From: Escherichia coli
GTDB taxonomy: Bacteria > Pseudomonadota > Gammaproteobacteria > Enterobacterales > Enterobacteriaceae
Direction: 5' to 3' (one strand)
DNA: 64,000 nucleotides
NCBI RefSeq assembly: GCF_003991155.1
Contig: NZ_CP031293.1
The notes under the pieces are model-generated. The model did not search any database and was not told where the DNA came from. It worked only from the letters and a program-made list of their open reading frames with translations. How positions within the stretch are numbered: position 1 is the stretch's first letter; every line of letters begins with the position of its first letter. This document shows positions 35,044-43,729 of the stretch, in pieces. A program made the position numbers and the translations under genes.

Positions 35044-35328
35044 TCAGGGCAAGCCGAAGGTAGCCTTTTTTATTTCATAATCCTGTAGATATTCTTCCAG
35101 TGGCTTTGCCGTTCCCAGAGAATGAATTTCACCACTGCCTTTATCAATAATAAAAGGTGCGTTACCAGCTAAGCGCGCGGCCTCATCTCCAGATTCAAGA
35201 AATTATTGTGATTCGAAACAGAAATACCAGCCCTGGCTAAAACGTCCATGCAGAGTGATGACGACAGGGAGATCTGCATCATCAAGGTAATGGTTCGCTT
35301 TCGCGAATGCGTCGTGATAAGTAATCAT
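35044..35328 (-). pseudogene. yrhB: yrhB-like reading frame interrupted by in-frame TAA (41 aa N-terminal part plus 52 aa continuing frame)
   Basis: Hand translation of minus strand: MITYHDAFAKANHYLDDADLPVVITLHGRFSQGWYFCFESQ-stop(35203..35205)-FLESGDEAARLAGNAPFIIDKGSGEIHSLGTAKPLEEYLQDYEIKKATFGLP-stop(35044..35046). The continuous 94-codon frame matches my recollection of the length of K-12 YrhB. Confidence 0.55.
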
Positions 35329-35777
35329 AATTATAATAAATATTATTGTTGATCGTTATATTATTATTCTTGCGTTATACTTTGAGAAAAGACGCGTTCA
35401 TCTTCGTCAAAGATATTATTAAATGCTGGTTTTGAAAAAAGTTCATCGGGTAATATACAGTCACGAAATAAGTATCTGCTAATGTTTTGTGATTTCTTTT
35501 TCAGAACGTCGAACGGGATTTTCTTATTTAAGATATCAGAATCTTATGATTCGGGTGAAATTCTAACTAAATCAACATGTCACTAAAATCATCATAGCCA
35601 TTAGCTATTTCGGCTAAAATAGAGATTACATGTCTTCGGTCCATCTCACTTAAGGAGTGTAGTTCCGTTGTAAGTTTTTCCATAGCTTGCATTGCTAAGT
35701 TTCGAACAAGGAATTTTCTGCTGGTAATCTCTAAAAAGATGGCATGGTTTATAATGATTTTTGTTACCTTTTGATTA

Positions 35778-36272
35778 TTATGAACAACTGTCCATGATTT
35801 CGTTTAAGAATGAAGAGAAATCACTAAACGAACTGAATATATTTTCTGTGCCAATATTATCTCTAATTTCAAAAAAGTTATTTTTAATGTCATAAGTAAA
35901 TATTGAAATGCTATCATCCCCGATCACTAACCGTTCTTGTAGATCAGGGTTTATGAAATCATCATTATTTCTATAAAATTCATTTACGGCAAAAAGGTTT
36001 TTAACTGAAGGTTCTGGAATCGAGAGGCTGAATAATCGTAATCCATTAACTTCGAATCCATCCATTGCTCTTAAAAAAGTAAGATAATCAGGTTGATTAT
36101 TAAAGAGAATACTAACTTCATTACATAACTTCTCCAGGCAATTAGTTGGATTAGAATTAAATTTTATTTGGATTATACTTTCAATAAATGATTCCTTGAG
36201 CGGTGCTTCAAATGGATAGTCTAAATCATTCATCATTTTTTTTAATTTATTTATTTGGGTTTTAGTCATCAT
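35778..36272 (-). CDS. Putative immunity protein for the upstream Hcp-HNH effector (yrhA-type position)
   Basis: ORF track 164 aa, AT-rich, start overlaps effector stop (ATGA); position immediately downstream of a polymorphic toxin gene. No catalytic motif recognised. Confidence 0.55.
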   Translation of the reverse strand: MMTKTQINKLKKMMNDLDYPFEAPLKESFIESIIQIKFNSNPTNCLEKLCNEVSILFNNQPDYLTFLRAMDGFEVNGLRLFSLSIPEPSVKNLFAVNEFYRNNDDFINPDLQERLVIGDDSISIFTYDIKNNFFEIRDNIGTENIFSSFSDFSSFLNEIMDSCS

Positions 36273-37447
36273 TTTGTGGGTTCCATAATATTTTTCATGG
36301 GAGGATAAATTGAGCCAGATGGAATGGCCCAGGGAGTGATTTTGCTTTCACCTACTAATATTCCCTTAGCTATTCGTGATTGCATGTTAGTAAAAACTTT
36401 ATGATATGGTTCGTTTTCGATTAATACTAAATTTTCGAAATCATTAGTACCACCATCATCTAGAGATAGTTTATGGTGAACATTATAATTTAGAGGAACA
36501 TTGCCCTTTCTCATTCTTAAAAGGTCTTCGGCGTTGAATCTTCCAGATGCTTCGGAGGTTTTTGCAAGTTTGATAAGAAAATTTTTTCTTACAGTTTTAT
36601 TAAACTCCTTTCGTAAGTTAGCTAAGTCTTTTGAAGGTCTCTTAATGTATATTATTTCTATTATGTCTATACCATCAAGAAGTTTTTGTTGACCTCTAAG
36701 TTTGCCTAAGTAACTATTTATTTCTGTATATGTATCAACATTAGAACGCTTTGTTAAAAGAATAGATGCTGTTGCTATCGCTATGCCCGCTGTTTTTTCA
36801 TTTAGTATTTGATCATAGCCTTTTATTGCATCTCCACCCAGTTTTTCCGCAGTATCTCTGAATCCTTCAATGTTCCCATTGTATACGCCACCAGCAGCAA
36901 GTAGCCTGCCAATAGCTTTGCTGTTTAACGTTTTGAAACGATTATTTGTTTGGTTTTTTGAATTTGGTAAAAACAAACAGTTATAATTTTCAGGGAGTGC
37001 CAAATAGCTGAACTCGGTATTTGCGATAATCTGTTGACAGAGGATAAATTCATAACTAACAGTTATTGTTTCTGTATCCAGTTGATTTTCAATGATCTGA
37101 TGATGAATAGCCGATAAAAAAGCGCCTCTTAGTTGTATATAATAATACTTTTCCCATCTACCAAATCTATTTATTCGATAGAAGTCAAATCCCATAAATA
37201 ATTGTTCATTATTGTTAATGGAATTAATAAATAATGGAGTGCTTTTATCAATTAATTTACAAAATGTTATACCATGGAACTGTGAACCAAGCCCCGTATT
37301 AGTAATACTATTTAAGAGTGAGAATGTAAATATTTCATCCTCATGCCCGCTCTGCCAGCGATTACCTGTAGACTCAGAAGTCCCACAACCTGCGGAGATG
37401 CTTCCTTGTTGTTCTCCCGTTACTGTCAGGTAAACAATATTACTCAT
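36269..37447 (-). CDS. yhhZ: Hcp-domain protein with C-terminal HNH-type nuclease toxin domain (Hcp-ET type, yhhZ)
   Basis: ORF track 392 aa. N-terminus MSNIVYLTVTGEQQGSISAGCGTSESTGNRW...GHEDEI matches the Hcp fold signature; C-terminus NYNVHHKLSLDDGGTNDFENLVLIENEPYHKVF carries an HNH-like motif. Confidence 0.82.
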   Translation of the reverse strand: MSNIVYLTVTGEQQGSISAGCGTSESTGNRWQSGHEDEIFTFSLLNSITNTGLGSQFHGITFCKLIDKSTPLFINSINNNEQLFMGFDFYRINRFGRWEKYYYIQLRGAFLSAIHHQIIENQLDTETITVSYEFILCQQIIANTEFSYLALPENYNCLFLPNSKNQTNNRFKTLNSKAIGRLLAAGGVYNGNIEGFRDTAEKLGGDAIKGYDQILNEKTAGIAIATASILLTKRSNVDTYTEINSYLGKLRGQQKLLDGIDIIEIIYIKRPSKDLANLRKEFNKTVRKNFLIKLAKTSEASGRFNAEDLLRMRKGNVPLNYNVHHKLSLDDGGTNDFENLVLIENEPYHKVFTNMQSRIAKGILVGESKITPWAIPSGSIYPPMKNIMEPTK

Positions 37448-37682
37448 CCCTGAAAAGTCCTTTTATGGCATGCTATTTTATTAATGGCACTATTATGCTT
37501 GTTAATTGTTATTTATTTACTCCAGGAAATTGTAGGCGTATATATTAATAATAAAATATTACACTTTAGGACGTAATTATGAGGTAAATCTCAATATATT
37601 TATTGGGCAAATAAATACATTAAAGGAAGATATGCCGATTTTGAATGACGCCCTTTTTCCATCTCAGAAAAAGGGCACTATC

Positions 37683-38171
37683 TTATTTCACCCGCGCCAT
37701 ATAATACGCATCGACATATTCACCATTACGTAATGCGTACTTCTTGCCAGTCCCTTCAATCTCAAAGCCGAATTTTTTATAGACCTTAATTGCTGGCGCG
37801 TTATCGACGAACACCGTTAGCTCGATACGATCTACCCGCAACCAGTTGTCGCACATATCAATCATTTCGCGCATCAGGGCGCTGGCGACGCCGCGGTTCT
37901 TCCAGCGAGAGTCGACACAGATACCAAAATCGGCAACATGACTGCGGCGCGGGCGTTGCTGTACATCAATGGTGAGATGACCTACTACGGTTCCATCAAT
38001 ACAGGCGACGAGTTGCTTGATGCCGGGGCGTTCGGCGAGTCGCTCCTGCCACATATAGTCTGAAGGATGAGGCACCTGTAGCGTGTTGTAATACACCTCC
38101 GGCTGGGCGTGAATCTGCCTGATGGCCTCGTAATCCCGTGTTTCTGCGTGGCGTATCACTATCTCACTCAT
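37683..38171 (-). CDS. yhhY: GNAT-family N-acetyltransferase YhhY
   Basis: ORF track 37683..38264; start moved to MSEIVIRHAET giving 162 aa; GNAT acetyl-CoA motif region (RWKNRGVASALM). Confidence 0.88.
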   Translation of the reverse strand: MSEIVIRHAETRDYEAIRQIHAQPEVYYNTLQVPHPSDYMWQERLAERPGIKQLVACIDGTVVGHLTIDVQQRPRRSHVADFGICVDSRWKNRGVASALMREMIDMCDNWLRVDRIELTVFVDNAPAIKVYKKFGFEIEGTGKKYALRNGEYVDAYYMARVK

Positions 38172-38266
38172 TCCTTTGTCCTCTTTGGGGTAAATGTCCC
38201 TTTCAACATCATTGACTTTCAAATGCGAGTCAAATGCATTTTTTTTGCAAAAAGTGTTGGACAAGT

Positions 38267-38289
38267 GCGAATGAGAATGATTATTATTG
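38267..38289 (+). promoter_or_regulatory. Fur box in ryhB promoter
   Basis: gcgaatgagaatgattattattg immediately upstream of the ryhB 5' end; resembles Fur consensus gataatgataatcattatc. Confidence 0.6.
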
Positions 38290-38293
38290 TCTT

Positions 38294-38386
38294 GCGATCA
38301 GGAAGACCCTCGCGGAGAACCTGAAAGCACGACATTGCTCACATTGCTTCCAGTATTACTTAGCCAGCCGGGTGCTGGCTTTTTTT
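38294..38386 (+). ncRNA. ryhB: Fur-regulated small RNA RyhB
   Basis: gcgatcaggaagaccctcgcggagaacctgaaagcacgacattgctcacattgcttccagtattacttagccagccgggtgctggctttt matches the RyhB sequence as I recall it, ending in a GC hairpin plus U-run; lies between yhhY and yhhX as in K-12. Confidence 0.85.
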
Positions 38387-38505
38387 TTGATCTTTCGTTT
38401 TCAAATTATCCACGGGAAGTGCTTGTGTTCGTTATGCGCACTCCAGTAGGAACCACGTCCGCTTTGCGCTAAGGTGTAAATAACCCCCTTAAAAAGGACG
38501 AAATC

Positions 38506-39543
38506 ATGGTCATCAACTGCGCCTTTATTGGCTTCGGCAAAAGCACCACCCGTTACCATCTGCCGTATGTACTTAACCGCAAGGATAGCTGGCATGTCGC
38601 GCATATTTTTCGCCGCCATGCGAAGCCGGAAGAACAGGCTCCCATTTACTCTCATATCCATTTCACCAGCGATCTCGACGAAGTGCTAAACGATCCCGAT
38701 GTTAAGCTGGTTGTCGTCTGCACCCACGCGGATAGCCATTTCGAATACGCGAAGCGCGCGCTGGAAGCCGGGAAAAATGTGCTGGTCGAAAAACCGTTCA
38801 CCCCGACGCTTGCCCAGGCGAAGGAGCTGTTTGAGTTGGCGAAAAGCAAAGGGCTGACCGTCACGCCGTATCAGAATCGTCGCTTTGATTCCTGCTTCCT
38901 GACGGCGAAAAAAGCGATTGAAAGCGGTAAGCTGGGAGAGATTGTTGAAGTGGAAAGCCATTTTGACTATTACCGCCCGGTGGCAGAAACCAAACCTGGG
39001 CTGCCGCAGGATGGCGCGTTCTATGGCCTTGGTGTGCATACCCTCGACCAGATTATCTCGCTGTTCGGTCGCCCGGATCACGTCGCTTATGACATCCGCA
39101 GCCTGCGTAATAAAGCCAATCCTGACGACACCTTCGAAGCGCAGCTGTTTTATGGCGATCTAAAAGCCATCGTCAAAACCAGCCATCTGGTGAAAATCGA
39201 TTATCCGAAATTTATCGTTCACGGTAAGAAAGGTTCGTTTATTAAATACGGTATCGACCAGCAGGAAACCAGCCTGAAGGCTAATATTATGCCGGGCGAA
39301 CCGGGATTCGCAGCGGATGATTCGGTCGGTGTGCTGGAGTATGTCAATGACGAGGGCGTGACGGTCAGAGAAGAGATGAAGCCGGAGGTGGGCGATTACG
39401 GGCGCGTTTATGATGCGTTGCATCAAACCATCACCAACGGTGCGCCAAATTACGTCAAGGAATCTGAAGTTCTTACCAATCTGGAAATCCTTGAACGCGG
39501 TTTTGAGCAAGCTTCTCCCTCCACAGTGACTCTCGCGAAGTAA
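38506..39543 (+). CDS. yhhX: Gfo/Idh/MocA-family NAD(P)-dependent oxidoreductase YhhX
   Basis: ORF track 345 aa; N-terminal Rossmann motif AFIGFGKS. Confidence 0.9.
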   Translation: MVINCAFIGFGKSTTRYHLPYVLNRKDSWHVAHIFRRHAKPEEQAPIYSHIHFTSDLDEVLNDPDVKLVVVCTHADSHFEYAKRALEAGKNVLVEKPFTPTLAQAKELFELAKSKGLTVTPYQNRRFDSCFLTAKKAIESGKLGEIVEVESHFDYYRPVAETKPGLPQDGAFYGLGVHTLDQIISLFGRPDHVAYDIRSLRNKANPDDTFEAQLFYGDLKAIVKTSHLVKIDYPKFIVHGKKGSFIKYGIDQQETSLKANIMPGEPGFAADDSVGVLEYVNDEGVTVREEMKPEVGDYGRVYDALHQTITNGAPNYVKESEVLTNLEILERGFEQASPSTVTLAK

Positions 39544-39548
39544 GTTTG

Positions 39549-39596
39549 ATGACCCCTCGAATAGTTCAATTTTTTTGAACAGAGGGGTCAATTTTC
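39549..39596 (+). terminator. Nested hairpin terminator after yhhX
   Basis: tgacccctc ... gaggggtca outer stem with inner gttcaa/ttgaac stem and T-run. Confidence 0.5.
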
Positions 39597-39665
39597 ACCC
39601 TCTATCATCCCAGGCTGATCGGGTCCACACTAAGCCCATCGAAATCATTCAGGGGGCGAATACAA

Positions 39666-40361
39666 ATGATCTACTTACGCAAAGCAAATGAACGTGGTCA
39701 TGCAAATCATGGCTGGCTGGACTCCTGGCATACTTTCTCTTTTGCCAACTACTACGACCCGAACTTTATGGGTTTCTCCGCGCTGCGCGTGATTAACGAC
39801 GACGTGATTGAAGCAGGGCAGGGCTTTGGCACTCACCCGCATAAAGATATGGAAATTTTGACCTACGTGCTGGAAGGTACTGTTGAGCACCAGGACAGCA
39901 TGGGCAATAAAGAGCAGGTTCCGGCGGGTGAGTTCCAGATTATGAGTGCGGGTACGGGTATCCGTCACTCTGAGTACAACCCAAGCAGCACCGAGCGTCT
40001 GCATCTGTATCAAATCTGGATCATGCCGGAAGAAAACGGCATCACGCCTCGCTATGAGCAGCGCCGTTTCGATGCCGTACAGGGCAAACAGCTGGTGCTC
40101 TCGCCGGATGCGCGAGATGGTTCGCTGAAAGTGCATCAGGATATGGAACTGTATCGTTGGGCATTGCTGAAAGATGAGCAGTCGGTGCATCAGATTGCCG
40201 CTGAACGCCGCGTCTGGATCCAGGTGGTGAAAGGCAATGTCACCATTAACGGCGTGAAAGCCTCGACCAGCGATGGTCTGGCAATCTGGGATGAGCAGGC
40301 AATCTCCATTCATGCGGATAGCGACAGCGAAGTGTTACTGTTCGATCTGCCGCCGGTTTAA
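39666..40361 (+). CDS. yhhW: Pirin-like quercetin 2,3-dioxygenase YhhW
   Basis: ORF track 231 aa; cupin His motifs (HPHKDMEI). Confidence 0.9.
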   Translation: MIYLRKANERGHANHGWLDSWHTFSFANYYDPNFMGFSALRVINDDVIEAGQGFGTHPHKDMEILTYVLEGTVEHQDSMGNKEQVPAGEFQIMSAGTGIRHSEYNPSSTERLHLYQIWIMPEENGITPRYEQRRFDAVQGKQLVLSPDARDGSLKVHQDMELYRWALLKDEQSVHQIAAERRVWIQVVKGNVTINGVKASTSDGLAIWDEQAISIHADSDSEVLLFDLPPV

Positions 40362-40584
40362 AACTCAACGGCATCTTTGAAGCCTGCCTTTTTGCAGGCT
40401 TCCTCGCTCGCTCCGGTCGCGTGCTGATATACGCTTCCGGGGTTTTGCCGTGTCGTTAGCACAATGCGATGCAATTGATTTAGTGTATATCTAATAATTG
40501 TAAACAAGCACTGTTTTCCCCGGGAAGGTTCTGATGCGTCCGTGTTAAACTAAGAGAATCTATCTCTTTTGTACCTTCAGGACG

Positions 40585-41580
40585 ATGAAAAAGAAAAGAC
40601 CCGTACTTCAGGATGTGGCTGACCGTGTAGGCGTGACCAAAATGACGGTCAGCCGTTTTTTACGCAACCCGGAGCAGGTTTCCGTCGCTCTACGCGGCAA
40701 GATTGCCGCCGCTCTTGATGAACTGGGTTATATTCCCAATCGCGCGCCCGATATCCTCTCTAACGCCACCAGCCGGGCGATTGGCGTCCTGTTACCTTCT
40801 CTCACCAACCAGGTTTTTGCGGAAGTATTACGCGGAATCGAAAGCGTCACCGACGCGCACGGTTATCAGACCATGCTGGCCCACTACGGTTATAAACCGG
40901 AAATGGAGCAAGAACGCCTCGAATCCATGCTCTCCTGGAATATCGACGGCCTGATCCTCACTGAACGTACGCACACGCCGCGCACCTTAAAGATGATTGA
41001 AGTGGCGGGGATTCCAGTGGTGGAACTGATGGACAGCAAGTCGCCATGCCTCGATATCGCCGTCGGTTTTGATAACTTTGAAGCGGCACGCCAGATGACC
41101 ACCGCCATTATTGCTCGCGGGCATCGTCACATTGCCTATCTCGGCGCACGCCTCGACGAACGTACTATCATCAAACAGAAGGGATACGAACAGGCGATGC
41201 TGGATGCAGGCCTGGTGCCGTATAGCGTGATGGTCGAGCAATCTTCTTCTTACTCTTCCGGTATTGAACTGATTCGCCAGGCGCGGCGGGAATATCCGCA
41301 GCTGGATGGCGTGTTCTGTACTAATGATGATCTGGCGGTCGGCGCGGCGTTTGAATGTCAGCGTCTGGGGTTAAAAGTTCCTGACGATATGGCGATTGCC
41401 GGTTTCCATGGTCATGACATTGGTCAGGTGATGGAACCACGGTTGGCGAGCGTACTGACGCCGCGTGAGCGGATGGGCAGTATTGGCGCTGAACGCCTGC
41501 TGGCGCGTATTCGTGGCGAATCTGTGACACCGAAAATGTTAGATTTAGGTTTCACCTTGTCACCGGGCGGATCTATTTAA
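40585..41580 (+). CDS. gntR: Gluconate repressor GntR (LacI family)
   Basis: ORF track 331 aa; N-terminal HTH (VTKMTVSRFL). Confidence 0.95.
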   Translation: MKKKRPVLQDVADRVGVTKMTVSRFLRNPEQVSVALRGKIAAALDELGYIPNRAPDILSNATSRAIGVLLPSLTNQVFAEVLRGIESVTDAHGYQTMLAHYGYKPEMEQERLESMLSWNIDGLILTERTHTPRTLKMIEVAGIPVVELMDSKSPCLDIAVGFDNFEAARQMTTAIIARGHRHIAYLGARLDERTIIKQKGYEQAMLDAGLVPYSVMVEQSSSYSSGIELIRQARREYPQLDGVFCTNDDLAVGAAFECQRLGLKVPDDMAIAGFHGHDIGQVMEPRLASVLTPRERMGSIGAERLLARIRGESVTPKMLDLGFTLSPGGSI

Positions 41581-41659
41581 GCCCACAAATTTGAAGTAGC
41601 TCACACTTATACATTTAAGGCACGGATGGATATTGCTTCTGATATTGTCCGGCCGGACA

Positions 41660-41688
41660 ATGTTACCGATAACAGTTACCCGTAACAT
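41660..41688. promoter_or_regulatory. GntR operator palindrome upstream of gntK
   Basis: atgttaccgataacagttacccgtaacat read from sequence; imperfect palindrome of the atgttac...gtaacat type. Confidence 0.6.
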
Positions 41689-41718
41689 TTTTAATTCTTG
41701 TATTGTGGGGGCACCACT

Positions 41719-42246
41719 TTGAGCACGACTAACCATGATCACCACATTTACGTCTTGATGGGCGTATCGGGCAGCGGCAAATCTGCGGTCGCCAGTGAAG
41801 TGGCGCATCAACTTCATGCCGCGTTTCTTGATGGCGATTTCCTCCATCCGCGCTGCAATATCGAAAAAATGGCGTCTGGCGAACCGCTGAATGACGACGA
41901 TCGCAAACCGTGGTTGCAGGCGCTGAACGACGCCGCGTTTGCTATGCAGCGCACTAATAAAGTGTCGCTGATTGTCTGTTCTGCACTGAAAAAACACTAT
42001 CGTGACCTGCTACGCGCGGGTAATCCGAATCTCTCTTTCATCTACCTGAAAGGCGATTTTGATGTGATTGAAAGCCGCCTGAAAGCGCGCAAAGGCCATT
42101 TCTTTAAAACCCAAATGTTGGTGACGCAGTTTGAAACGCTGCAGGAGCCGGGTGCGGACGAAACCGATGTACTGGTGGTAGATATCGATCAACCGCTGGA
42201 AGGTGTTGTGGCAAGCACCATTGAGGTTATTAAAAAAGGCAAATAA
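41719..42246 (+). CDS. gntK: Gluconokinase GntK (TTG start)
   Basis: ORF track 41698..42246; start placed at TTG 41719 giving MSTTNHDHHIYVLMGVSGSGKS, 175 aa; P-loop present. Confidence 0.88.
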   Translation: MSTTNHDHHIYVLMGVSGSGKSAVASEVAHQLHAAFLDGDFLHPRCNIEKMASGEPLNDDDRKPWLQALNDAAFAMQRTNKVSLIVCSALKKHYRDLLRAGNPNLSFIYLKGDFDVIESRLKARKGHFFKTQMLVTQFETLQEPGADETDVLVVDIDQPLEGVVASTIEVIKKGK

Positions 42247-42249
42247 GTA

Positions 42250-43590
42250 GTGACTACATTAACGCTTGTTTTAACAGCAGTAGGGTCTGTTTTACTGCTG
42301 CTGTTTTTAGTCATGAAGGCGCGTATGCACGCTTTCCTGGCTTTGATGGTGGTGTCCATGGGGGCTGGCCTTTTTTCCGGTATGCCGCTCGATAAAATCG
42401 CAGCGACGATGGAAAAAGGGATGGGAGGCACCCTCGGCTTTCTGGCGGTGGTTGTCGCCCTGGGAGCCATGTTTGGCAAGATCTTACATGAAACCGGCGC
42501 AGTCGATCAGATTGCCGTCAAAATGCTCAAATCCTTCGGTCACAGCCGCGCGCATTATGCCATCGGCCTTGCGGGGCTGGTCTGTGCGCTACCGCTGTTC
42601 TTTGAAGTGGCGATTGTTCTGCTGATTAGCGTTGCTTTCTCAATGGCGCGCCACACCGGTACGAACCTGGTGAAGCTGGTAATCCCATTATTCGCAGGCG
42701 TGGCGGCCGCGGCTGCGTTCCTGGTGCCTGGACCAGCGCCAATGCTGCTGGCATCGCAGATGAACGCCGACTTTGGCTGGATGATCCTGATTGGCCTGTG
42801 TGCGGCAATTCCGGGAATGATTATTGCCGGGCCGCTGTGGGGTAATTTCATCAGCCGCTACGTGGAGCTGCATATTCCTGACGACATCAGCGAACCACAT
42901 CTCGGTGAAGGCAAAATGCCGTCCTTCGGATTCAGCCTGTCGCTGATCCTGTTGCCACTGGTGCTGGTGGGGCTGAAAACCATTGCCGCGCGTTTTGTGC
43001 CAGAAGGCTCTACCGCTTACGAATGGTTCGAGTTTATCGGCCATCCGTTTACCGCGATTCTGGTTGCTTGTCTGGTAGCAATTTATGGCCTGGCAATGCG
43101 TCAGGGTATGCCAAAAGACAAAGTGATGGAGATTTGTGGTCACGCGCTGCAACCGGCGGGGATCATTCTGCTGGTGATTGGTGCAGGCGGCGTGTTCAAA
43201 CAGGTGCTGGTTGACTCTGGTGTCGGTCCGGCACTGGGCGAAGCGTTAACCGGCATGGGCCTGCCGATTGCCATCACCTGCTTCGTGCTGGCAGCTGCAG
43301 TGCGCATCATTCAGGGTTCTGCCACTGTTGCCTGTTTAACGGCGGTGGGACTGGTAATGCCGGTCATTGAACAACTGAACTACTCCGGTGCGCAAATGGC
43401 GGCGCTGTCGATTTGTATCGCCGGTGGTTCGATTGTTGTCAGCCACGTTAACGACGCGGGTTTCTGGTTGTTCGGTAAATTTACCGGCGCGACCGAAGCC
43501 GAAACGCTTAAAACCTGGACCATGATGGAAACCATCCTCGGCACTGTTGGTGCCATCGTTGGGATGATTGCGTTCCAGCTGTTGAGTTAA
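42250..43590 (+). CDS. gntU: Low-affinity gluconate transporter GntU (GTG start)
   Basis: ORF track 446 aa GntP-family permease. Confidence 0.9.
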   Translation: MTTLTLVLTAVGSVLLLLFLVMKARMHAFLALMVVSMGAGLFSGMPLDKIAATMEKGMGGTLGFLAVVVALGAMFGKILHETGAVDQIAVKMLKSFGHSRAHYAIGLAGLVCALPLFFEVAIVLLISVAFSMARHTGTNLVKLVIPLFAGVAAAAAFLVPGPAPMLLASQMNADFGWMILIGLCAAIPGMIIAGPLWGNFISRYVELHIPDDISEPHLGEGKMPSFGFSLSLILLPLVLVGLKTIAARFVPEGSTAYEWFEFIGHPFTAILVACLVAIYGLAMRQGMPKDKVMEICGHALQPAGIILLVIGAGGVFKQVLVDSGVGPALGEALTGMGLPIAITCFVLAAAVRIIQGSATVACLTAVGLVMPVIEQLNYSGAQMAALSICIAGGSIVVSHVNDAGFWLFGKFTGATEAETLKTWTMMETILGTVGAIVGMIAFQLLS

Positions 43591-43601
43591 TTACTGCGAC
43601 A

Positions 43602-43640
43602 AATTACTGCGAGCTTGCTCGCAGTAATTCATTTCTCTTA
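43602..43640 (+). terminator. Palindromic terminator after gntU
   Basis: aattactgcgagc-ttg-ctcgcagtaatt perfect palindrome followed by T-rich tract. Confidence 0.55.
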
Positions 43641-43729
43641 TCTCCTCTCTTCATCTTTTTGATCTCTCTCGCAAATTTACCTGCTAATAATCCGTTCTAA
43701 TCACTGCCTAAAGATCGCAGGAGATAAAG

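Noticed and set aside
35040-37682. Looked for an IS1 or other insertion sequence in the AT-rich islet
   Set aside because: No transposase-like ORF or terminal inverted repeats were seen; the AT-rich sequence is accounted for by the effector and immunity genes and decayed spacer.
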